From the NCBI GenBank assembly GCA_039630085.1, contig JBCNVM010000006.1, positions 1-32,000 of the forward strand: a DNA stretch of 32,000 bases, read 5' to 3'. This stretch comes from Candidatus Caldarchaeales archaeon. Lineage in GTDB: Archaea > Thermoproteota > Nitrososphaeria_A > Caldarchaeales > Calditenuaceae. Under the pieces are notes generated by a model. The model searched no databases and was not told the origin of the DNA. It saw nothing but the letters and a program-made list of their open reading frames with translations. Positions 15,726-22,502 of the stretch are shown here, in pieces. Within the stretch, counting starts at the first letter, position 1, and each line of letters begins with the position of its first letter. Position numbers and translations under genes: made by a program.

Positions 15726-17405
15726 TCAGTCCACCTCCACGCGCTCTACGAACTCCCTCGGCGTGAGGAGCGTGACGCCCGTCAACCTCCTCGAGAGCTC
15801 GCAGGTCTCCGGCGGGAAGATGTCGTGCTGGATCAGGAGCTCGGGGCTCGAGAAGGCAGCCCTCGTCGGCGCGTCGAGGACGATCCGGCCGTCGGCCATC
15901 ATGACGGTCCTCGTGCAGTACTCGGCCACGACCCACATCTCGTGGGTGATGGTGATGACCGTCGTTCCCGACCTGTTCAGGCTGAGCACCGTGTTCATCA
16001 GGGCCCTCGTCTCGCTGGGGGAGAGGCCGGTCGTGGGCTCGTCGAGTATGATGACCTTTGGGTTCAGGGCAAGTATCGAGGCGACCGCGACCCTCTGCCT
16101 TTCGCCCTTCTGGAGGAAGAACGGGTCCTCGTTGAGGAGGCGCGTTATCCCCATCATCTCCGCGACCTCCTTCACCCTGCTGTCGACCTCGGCCGCGCTC
16201 AGGCCCCTCGCCCTGAGGCCATACGCCAGCTCCTCGTAGACCGTCTGCGAGAAGATCTGGTAGTCGGGGTTCTGGAAGATGTACCCGACGTCCCTCGCCC
16301 TCACGGAGACGTCCTCCGCGGTCGCGTCCCTCCCGAAGATCCTCACCCTGCCCCTCCCCGGCCTGAGGATACCCATGATCACCTGCGCGAGCGTCGTCTT
16401 CCCGCTCCCGTTCTGCCCTATCAGCGCCATCATTTCGCCCCGGTGGATCCGGAGGTCCACGCCCCTCAGCACCCAGTTCTGGCCCTCGTAGGCGAACCAG
16501 ACGTCCTCGAGCTCCACCGCGACGCCGTCGCCCGCAGCGGACCTCTCCTCCGGCGGCCTGACACCCTTGACCTTGGGGAAGACCCGAAGGGCCTCGTCGA
16601 GCAGGACCGGGACCGAGTTGGCTCTGACCCTCATGTCCCAGCAGATCTCCGCGACCTCCGGCGGCTTCAGCCCGAGGGACCTCAGCTCCTCGACCATCCC
16701 CAGCACCTCCCTCGCCTCCCCCTCTGCGGCAACCCTTCCGTCAGCCAGAAGGATCACCCTGTCGGCGAACTCCGCGACCTTCTCGAGGTGGTGATCGACT
16801 AGGACTAGGGATCTGATCACCTCCTCGTCCAGGAGCTTCCTCATCACGTCGTAGACCTCCCTCTTCCCCCTTGGGTCGAGGTCGCTCGTGGCCTCGTCGA
16901 GTATCAGGACCGAGGGCTGCAGCGAGAGCAGCGAGGCTATCGCGAGCCTCTGCTTCTGCCCTCCGCTGAGCGCGAACGAGTACCTCTTCTCGAGGCCGGA
17001 GAGCCCCACGAGCTCCAAGGCCCACCTGACCCTCCTCCCGATCTCCTCCCTCTCGAGTTGGAGGTTCTCCGGCCCGAACGCGACCTCAAGCTCGACGGTG
17101 GTCCTGAAGAGCTGGACCTCGTAGTCCTGCATCACCATCGCGCACCTCTTGCTGATCTCCCCGACCCGCTTGGACGTCGTCGGCTCCCCGTACACCCTCG
17201 CCTCCCCCCTGAAGTCGTCGTAGACGCCCATGTTGGGTATCAGGCCTGCCATCACCTTGCAGAGGGTCGTCTTGCCGGCGCCCGTCGGCCCGATGATCGC
17301 GACGACCTCGCCCTCCGAGACCTCAGCGCTGACCCCCTTGAGAGCGTAGTCGCCCGAGCCCCTGTACTTCACCCAGACGTCCTTAACCTCGACGGCCCTC
17401 GCCAT
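15726..17405 (-). CDS. Fused double ABC ATPase of an ECF transporter (EcfA1-EcfA2 fusion, YkoD-like)
   Basis: Two complete ABC cassettes. The first has GPTGAGKTT ... LSGGQKQRLAIA ... ILILDEATSDLD. The second has GQNGSGKTT ... QKGERQRVAVA ... VIILDEPTTGL. Confidence 0.9.
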   Translation of the reverse strand: MARAVEVKDVWVKYRGSGDYALKGVSAEVSEGEVVAIIGPTGAGKTTLCKVMAGLIPNMGVYDDFRGEARVYGEPTTSKRVGEISKRCAMVMQDYEVQLFRTTVELEVAFGPENLQLEREEIGRRVRWALELVGLSGLEKRYSFALSGGQKQRLAIASLLSLQPSVLILDEATSDLDPRGKREVYDVMRKLLDEEVIRSLVLVDHHLEKVAEFADRVILLADGRVAAEGEAREVLGMVEELRSLGLKPPEVAEICWDMRVRANSVPVLLDEALRVFPKVKGVRPPEERSAAGDGVAVELEDVWFAYEGQNWVLRGVDLRIHRGEMMALIGQNGSGKTTLAQVIMGILRPGRGRVRIFGRDATAEDVSVRARDVGYIFQNPDYQIFSQTVYEELAYGLRARGLSAAEVDSRVKEVAEMMGITRLLNEDPFFLQKGERQRVAVASILALNPKVIILDEPTTGLSPSETRALMNTVLSLNRSGTTVITITHEMWVVAEYCTRTVMMADGRIVLDAPTRAAFSSPELLIQHDIFPPETCELSRRLTGVTLLTPREFVERVEVD

Positions 17406-17428
17406 AGGACGACTATCATCTGTTCGCC

Positions 17429-17444
17429 CTAAAGATATACGCTA
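17429..17444 (-). promoter_or_regulatory. TATA-like element upstream of the ECF ATPase gene
   Basis: The minus strand reads GCGTATATCTTTAG about 30 nt upstream of ATG 17405. It sits in the 84-bp gap after the S-component gene. Confidence 0.35.
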
Positions 17445-17475
17445 AAGAACGGAGGGGTTCCGGAGGAGGGGAGCC

Positions 17476-17480
17476 AAAAA
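17476..17480 (-). terminator. T5 tract 10 nt after the S-component stop
   Basis: The minus strand reads TGAagctccgaaTTTTTggctcc. Confidence 0.3.
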
Positions 17481-17489
17481 TTCGGAGCT

Positions 17490-18317
17490 TCAGTCCTTCG
17501 CCAGTAGCGCCATCCCGACCGCGAAGATCAGGATGAAGACGCCGCCGACCGTCAGGAGGGGCGCGCCCGCGAAGACCGGGGCGAACTGCAGCAGCGGCTG
17601 GCCGAGCCCTATTCCGACCATTATGGTGACCCAGGTGCCCACGACGCCCGCGATGAATACCAGCGCTGTCCCGATCCGGTGATAAGACTTGACCTCCGTC
17701 GGCGTGTACTGGTAACCCTTCATCACGTCGGTCCAGAGCCAGCCCGCCCTCTTCGCCCTCGGGTAGACGAGGGCCATCAGGACCGGAGCGATGATGCCCG
17801 CCGAGATCAGCTCGTTGAAGAAGATGATGAACGCGAGGAACGTGAACGGCACGAACCCGACCAGCTCGGTCCAGTAGGGGATGATCAGCGCGCAGACCCC
17901 CGAGTGCACCAGTATCACGAACTCGTACTTCAGGAGGCTCGAGAGCGTCCTGCAGTGCGGCTCCTCTTTGAAGACCCTGTGCCAGATCTTGTACGGCACG
18001 AGCCCTAGGAAGAAGTTCCCGATGAAACCGCCGATGCTTCCGATCGTCAGAGCTCCGCCCAGTATGTCGAAGCCTATCAGGTTCCCCACTGCCGAGCCCC
18101 ACGCCGCCGCAGGCCCGAAGAGCAGGCTGGTGAACGGAGGTATCGCGTTGCCAGGCCTTATCGCGGTTACGCCGGGGATTATCCAAATCGGGAGCGCCGC
18201 GAAGACGAAGAGCAGCGCGGCGTAGAGTCCGGCTGAGACGACGAATGCCGTGATCATCTGCGTGAAGCGCCACATCGTGAAGATTTCCCTCATGGCGTCT
18301 ATAATCGGTCGATTCAA
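17490..18317 (-). CDS. ECF transporter substrate-specific (S) component, substrate unknown
   Basis: Membrane protein with IRPGNAIPPFTSLLFGPAAAWGSAVGNLIGFD, a pattern I associate with ECF S components. It lies directly upstream of the AA-T module. The track start (TTG 18317) overlaps a GTTTTATATTG TATA-like element. ATG 18293 (MREIFTMW...), about 24 nt downstream, is the more likely leaderless start. Confidence 0.65.
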   Translation of the reverse strand: MNRPIIDAMREIFTMWRFTQMITAFVVSAGLYAALLFVFAALPIWIIPGVTAIRPGNAIPPFTSLLFGPAAAWGSAVGNLIGFDILGGALTIGSIGGFIGNFFLGLVPYKIWHRVFKEEPHCRTLSSLLKYEFVILVHSGVCALIIPYWTELVGFVPFTFLAFIIFFNELISAGIIAPVLMALVYPRAKRAGWLWTDVMKGYQYTPTEVKSYHRIGTALVFIAGVVGTWVTIMVGIGLGQPLLQFAPVFAGAPLLTVGGVFILIFAVGMALLAKD

Positions 18318-18511
18318 TATAAAACGGTTCCGCCACGAGAATTAACGATCTCAATCAACACGTGTCGCGGAGAGGCAAAACGGTGTCCGGTCGTGGAGGC
18401 GCTGCACGAGAGGCGATAAGTTCTGCTCTTAAATATGTAACAAAAGCTTTAAATAAGGATTAAATGAAGATATGAATCAGACGCATAAACTGTTTATACA
18501 ATCTATATGCA

Positions 18512-18521
18512 ATATTTAAAT
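18512..18521 (+). promoter_or_regulatory. TATA box (ATATTTAAAT) for the zinc-ribbon ORF
   Basis: It lies about 30 nt upstream of ATG 18548, inside a roughly 130-bp AT-rich block (18417-18545) that holds three more TTAAAT-type elements, at 18429, 18448 and 18459. Confidence 0.5.
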
Positions 18522-18547
18522 CTAAACCAAAATCCTCTATTGCAGCC

Positions 18548-18751
18548 ATGGCGGTCGTGCAGAACCAGGTCAGGAAGGAGGAGAAGGTCGTCACGAGGAG
18601 GAGCTACGCGGCCGGCTACAGGTACTGCTCGAGGTGCAGGGTCTACCACCTGACCGACAGCGTGAGGTGCCCGTACTGCGGGATCCTCCTGAGGAACTCT
18701 CCGAGGAAGAAGAAGCCGGTGGACCCGTCGAAGTACGTCAGAATCGAGTGA
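18548..18751 (+). CDS. Small zinc-ribbon protein with a basic C-terminal tail (Rpo12/RpoP-like ribbon; function uncertain)
   Basis: 67 aa with YRYCSRC-x10-VRCPYCG followed by LLRNSPRKKKPVDPSKYVRIE. VRCPYCG and Y.C..C are reminiscent of RNA polymerase subunit P/Rpo12, with some likeness to L40e. However, a 25-aa N-terminal extension is present and the ribbon spacing is shorter. Confidence 0.45.
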   Translation: MAVVQNQVRKEEKVVTRRSYAAGYRYCSRCRVYHLTDSVRCPYCGILLRNSPRKKKPVDPSKYVRIE

Positions 18752-18824
18752 GCTCGAGCGGAGCGGGACGACGGACCGAGGAGCCCGATAAGCTATTAGA
18801 CGACTCGGAAGCCCTCACGGCGGA

Positions 18825-20090
18825 GTGTGGGAGGAGGAGTACAAGCGGAGGTACGTCTTCGGGGCCGACTACGGGACCAGCGACTACAAGTACGGTCCGA
18901 TAACGCTCGGCGAGAGGCCGCAGGTGACCGAGAACAGGGGCTACTTCCCTGAGCCTTCTATCGTCTCGAGGATAATGGGCGTCGAGAGGGAGGTCGTGGT
19001 GGGGAAGGACGTCGTGCTCTTCCTCGAGAGCGGCGCCGACCTGCTGAGCAGGATGGTCTACCCGATGAGGAGCGGGATAGTGGGCAAGGACGACGTCAGG
19101 GCCTGGAAGGTGATCAGGGAGCTGACGAGGGCCTCGCTGGAGGAGTTCAGGCCGAAGGGCGTCGGGTTCAACGGGTTCTACGTCGTGGCGGCGCTCTCGG
19201 CGGTCGCGCCCAAGTACATGTACGAGCGGCTCTTCGAGGTCCACTCGGAGCTCGCGAAAGAGGGACTTGTCCACTCCTCGACGATCATACCGCAGCCCCT
19301 CGCCGTCGCCATCGCCCACAAGGCGACCTCCTGCGTCGTCGTGGAGAGCGGTCACGGGAACACCCAGGTCACGCCGATCTCGAGGGCCCCGATCAGGGGA
19401 GCGGTTGTGGCCCTGAACAGGGGCGGGGCCGACGCGAACGCGATCACCGCGGAGATCCTCAAGGACGCGGGGTACGGCGACCTAGCGAGGGAGGAGGCGC
19501 TCGTGAGGAGGGTGAAGGAGCAGCTGGGCCTTCTGCCGCTCGACCTCGACAGGGCGGTCTCGTTCGCGAGGTCCAACCCCTCCTTAGTCAGGAAGGCGAT
19601 CAAAGTTCCTGGGACCAGGATCAGGATCGACCTGGGGGAGAACTCCTGGGCGAGGTTCCTGATCGGCGAGTACGTCTTCGACCCGAACAAGGAGGTCTTC
19701 GAGAGCTACTTCAAGCGCGGGATGCCGAGGCCGAAGGACGTGAAGTTCGGCGACACCGTCTTCTACGGGACGACGACCGTTGCGGACGCGATCATCTCCG
19801 CGGTCGAGAGGTGCCCGGTGGAGCTTCAGCCCTACCTCTACTCGCAGGTAATCCTCTCGGGAGGGAACCTCTCGTGGTCGGTCCCGCAGGAGCTGAAGGG
19901 CGTTGCCTCCGACGCGGCCACCAGGGTCAAGAAGGACCTCTCGGAGAGGGGCGTGGAGAACGTCACCGTCAGGTCCTCCGAGGAGCCCCAGTTCACGGTC
20001 TGGAGGGGCTGCATCGTCTTCGGGTACTCGGTGCCCGCGAACTACGAGTGGTCCTGGGAGAGGATGGAGGGGTGGATGGGGTTCAGGTGA
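18825..20090 (+). CDS. Crenactin (archaeal actin homologue)
   Basis: Near-collinear with my memory of Pyrobaculum crenactin: YVFGADYGTSDYKYGPITL, IIPQPLAVAIAHKATSCVVVESGHGNTQVTPIS, ALNRGGADANAITAEILKDAGYGDLAREE, FLIGEYVFDPN, SQVILSGGNLSW, EPQFTVWRGCIVFGY. GTG start, with an ATAAGCTATTA element about 30 nt upstream. Confidence 0.9.
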   Translation: MWEEEYKRRYVFGADYGTSDYKYGPITLGERPQVTENRGYFPEPSIVSRIMGVEREVVVGKDVVLFLESGADLLSRMVYPMRSGIVGKDDVRAWKVIRELTRASLEEFRPKGVGFNGFYVVAALSAVAPKYMYERLFEVHSELAKEGLVHSSTIIPQPLAVAIAHKATSCVVVESGHGNTQVTPISRAPIRGAVVALNRGGADANAITAEILKDAGYGDLAREEALVRRVKEQLGLLPLDLDRAVSFARSNPSLVRKAIKVPGTRIRIDLGENSWARFLIGEYVFDPNKEVFESYFKRGMPRPKDVKFGDTVFYGTTTVADAIISAVERCPVELQPYLYSQVILSGGNLSWSVPQELKGVASDAATRVKKDLSERGVENVTVRSSEEPQFTVWRGCIVFGYSVPANYEWSWERMEGWMGFR

Positions 20091-20096
20091 GGCCCC

Positions 20097-21140
20097 TTGG
20101 GGTGCGACGTGCTCTTCGACGTCCTCACCCCGAAGCAGGCCCTCTTCTTCTGGGCCGTCGGCCAGGAGCTCAGGGCCCGGGGCATCGAGGTCTCCTACGT
20201 TGCCAGGGAATACGAGCAGCTGGACTGGGTCGAGCGTGAGCTCCGGCTCGGGGCCCTGAAGGTCGGGAGGTTCGGCGAGGAGGGGCTCGAGGGGAAGCTG
20301 GTCGCGAGCACCGAGAGGCAGGCGGCCCTCATCGGGGTCCTCAGGGAGCTCAGGCCGAGGCTCACGGCCTCGAGCGGGTCTATCGAGCTCTGCAGGGTCG
20401 CTTACGGCCTCGCGGTCAGGCACTACCTCGCCTCCGACACGCCCCACTCGCCGGTGAACAGGGTCTGCGTCCCGCTCTCCGACTTGGTCGCGACGCCCCG
20501 CTACATACCCATCGGGGAGTGGAGGAGGTGGGCGACGCCCTCGACCGAGTTCCTGAGGTACGGGGCCCTCGACCCGATCGCTTGGATCAGGAGGCTGGAG
20601 GACTCGGCGCAACGGAGCCCGGGGAGGAGGTACGTCCTCGTCAGGCCGCCGGAGAGGAAGGCGAGCTACCTCCAATCGAGGGGCTTGGAGGGGACATCGG
20701 CGGTGATCCGGGCCCTCAGCTCCAACTACGAGGGCGAGGTGCTGGTAGTCGCGAGGTACAGGGACGACGCCCCCCTTCTCTCAGGGGCCTCGGGAGATCG
20801 GGTGAAGGTGCTGAACGAGCCGACGCTGCTGCTGCCGCTGATCGCCGGCGCCGACGCGGTCTTCTCCGGCGGCGGGACCACGGCCCAAGAGGCCGCGCTG
20901 CTCGGCGTCCCTACGTTCACCTTCTACCCCGGGGAGATGCCCGCCGTCCACAGGTTCCTAATCAGGCGAGGATTGTTGAGGGAGGTCGAACCCGAGGAGC
21001 GCTCGGTCTCGGCTGCGATCGAGCTCGCGGGGGATGCCGGGTTCAGGAGGAGGCTCCGGGAGAGGGCGAGGAGGCTGAGGGACTCGATGGAGGACCCCGC
21101 CGAGGCCCTCGCGAACGCCATCGCCGCTGGACTGGAGTAG
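20097..21140 (+). CDS. DUF354-family protein (GT-B / epimerase-like fold, predicted glycosyltransferase-related)
   Basis: N-terminus VLFDVLTPKQALFFWAVGQELRARGIEVSYVAREYEQL and C-terminal FSGGGTTAQEAALLGVPTFTF match the DUF354 pattern as I recall it. It starts 6 nt after the crenactin stop. Confidence 0.65.
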   Translation: MGCDVLFDVLTPKQALFFWAVGQELRARGIEVSYVAREYEQLDWVERELRLGALKVGRFGEEGLEGKLVASTERQAALIGVLRELRPRLTASSGSIELCRVAYGLAVRHYLASDTPHSPVNRVCVPLSDLVATPRYIPIGEWRRWATPSTEFLRYGALDPIAWIRRLEDSAQRSPGRRYVLVRPPERKASYLQSRGLEGTSAVIRALSSNYEGEVLVVARYRDDAPLLSGASGDRVKVLNEPTLLLPLIAGADAVFSGGGTTAQEAALLGVPTFTFYPGEMPAVHRFLIRRGLLREVEPEERSVSAAIELAGDAGFRRRLRERARRLRDSMEDPAEALANAIAAGLE

Positions 21141-21182
21141 CTTGATGGACCGGCGATTCGGGTCGCTACTCGGTGGTGGGCG

Positions 21183-22487
21183 CTGAGGGTCTTCGCTGAC
21201 CTGCAGATCCACTCGAGGTACTCGGGGGCCACCTCGACCAAGATGACCTTGGACGAGCTCGTCTACTACGCCGACCTCAAGGGAATAGACCTGATGGGTA
21301 CCGGCGACGCCCTTCACCCGCTATGGCTGAGGGAGCTGACCGAGAACACAACGGAGGTCTCGCGGGGCATCTACGCGTACAGGGGAGGAGGGAGGGTGAG
21401 GTTCGTGGCCCAGACGGAGGTCGCGACCGTCCACGACTACGCCGGGAAGACGAGGAAGATCCACCACGTGATCCTGATGCCGAGCCTCGAGGTCGCGGGC
21501 CAGCTCTCGGACGCGCTGAGGAGGTACGGGAACGTCGATTCAGACGGGAGGCCGGTGCTGAACGTCAGGCCGAGCGAGCTGGTCGAGGTCGTCCTCCAGA
21601 CCGACCCCAGGTGCTACGTCTTCCCCGCCCACGCCTGGACTCCTTGGTGGTCGATCTTCGGGGCCTTCAGCGGCGTCGACTCGGTCGAGGAGTGCTACGA
21701 GGACAAGTCCGACCGGATCCGCGCGATCGAGACCGGTCTGAGCAGCGACCCCCCGATGAACTGGAGGGTGAGCGCGCTGGACCGATACCTCCTGATCAGC
21801 TCCTCCGACTCCCACAGCCCCTACCCCTACCGCATAGGGAGGGAGATGGTCGTCCTCGAGCTGGAGGACCTCTCCTACGACAGCCTCCACGCGGCCCTCT
21901 CCCGCTCCCCGGGCCCCTCGAGGGCCGTCATGACGGTCGAGGTCCCTCCGAGCTACGGGAAGTACCACTGGTCGGGGCACAGGAGGTGCGGCGTGGGCCC
22001 GCTGAGCCCGAAGGAAGCGAGGAGGCTGAACTACGTCTGCCCGAGGTGCGGCAGGAGGCTCACGAAGGGCGTCGAGGACAGGGTCGAGGAGCTCGCCGAC
22101 AGGCCGGAGGGCTACAGGCCGGAGGGCGCACTGGACTTCGTCTACCTGCTGCCGCTTCAGGAGCTGATCGCCCTTAGCAGGGGAGAGGACCCGAACTCGG
22201 TCAACCTGATGTCGAAGGCGATATGGGGCGAGTACGTGAGGCTGGTGGGGTCCTTCGGGAGCGAAGTCCGAGTGCTCCTCGAGGCGCCAGTCGAGGAGAT
22301 CGCGAGGCTCAACGACTCTATCCTCGCGCGGCTGATCGAGAGGATGAGGAGGAACCGGCTTGAGGTCGTGCCAGGATACGACGGCGTCTACGGAAGGGTC
22401 AAGCTGCCTGAGGGCATCGGCGCTAGGAGGAGGGCGCCTGAGTCCGGGGCTGGGAAGAGGAGGACTAAGACCCTCGACGATTACTGA
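21183..22487 (+). CDS. endoQ: Endonuclease Q (PHP-domain lesion-specific endonuclease); start codon unresolved
   Basis: GTGDALHPLW, FPAHAWTPWWS, SSSDSHSP, GKYHWSGHRRC, the zinc finger CPRCGRRLTKGVEDRVEEL and YDGVYGRV all match EndoQ. The first ATG is at 21243, but the conserved N-terminal PHP motif (FADLQIHSRYS) lies upstream of it. No in-frame ATG, GTG or TTG follows the TAG at 21138. CTG 21183 would give an N-terminus of the length seen in Pyrococcus EndoQ. Confidence 0.75.
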   Translation: MRVFADLQIHSRYSGATSTKMTLDELVYYADLKGIDLMGTGDALHPLWLRELTENTTEVSRGIYAYRGGGRVRFVAQTEVATVHDYAGKTRKIHHVILMPSLEVAGQLSDALRRYGNVDSDGRPVLNVRPSELVEVVLQTDPRCYVFPAHAWTPWWSIFGAFSGVDSVEECYEDKSDRIRAIETGLSSDPPMNWRVSALDRYLLISSSDSHSPYPYRIGREMVVLELEDLSYDSLHAALSRSPGPSRAVMTVEVPPSYGKYHWSGHRRCGVGPLSPKEARRLNYVCPRCGRRLTKGVEDRVEELADRPEGYRPEGALDFVYLLPLQELIALSRGEDPNSVNLMSKAIWGEYVRLVGSFGSEVRVLLEAPVEEIARLNDSILARLIERMRRNRLEVVPGYDGVYGRVKLPEGIGARRRAPESGAGKRRTKTLDDY

Positions 22488-22502
22488 CGTGAAACCCTGT
22501 GG

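Noticed and set aside
18417-18545. The AT-rich block considered as a replication origin (DUE).
   Set aside because: No orc1/cdc6 gene and no ORB-like inverted repeats flank it. Divergent promoters explain the AT-richness adequately. Mentioned only as an alternative in a finding.
21138-21140. The in-frame TAG between DUF354 and EndoQ considered as pyrrolysine or programmed read-through.
   Set aside because: No pyl genes or methylamine methyltransferase context appear in the window, and both proteins are normally stand-alone. A rare start codon or a sequence error is more economical. Kept only as a low-probability alternative.
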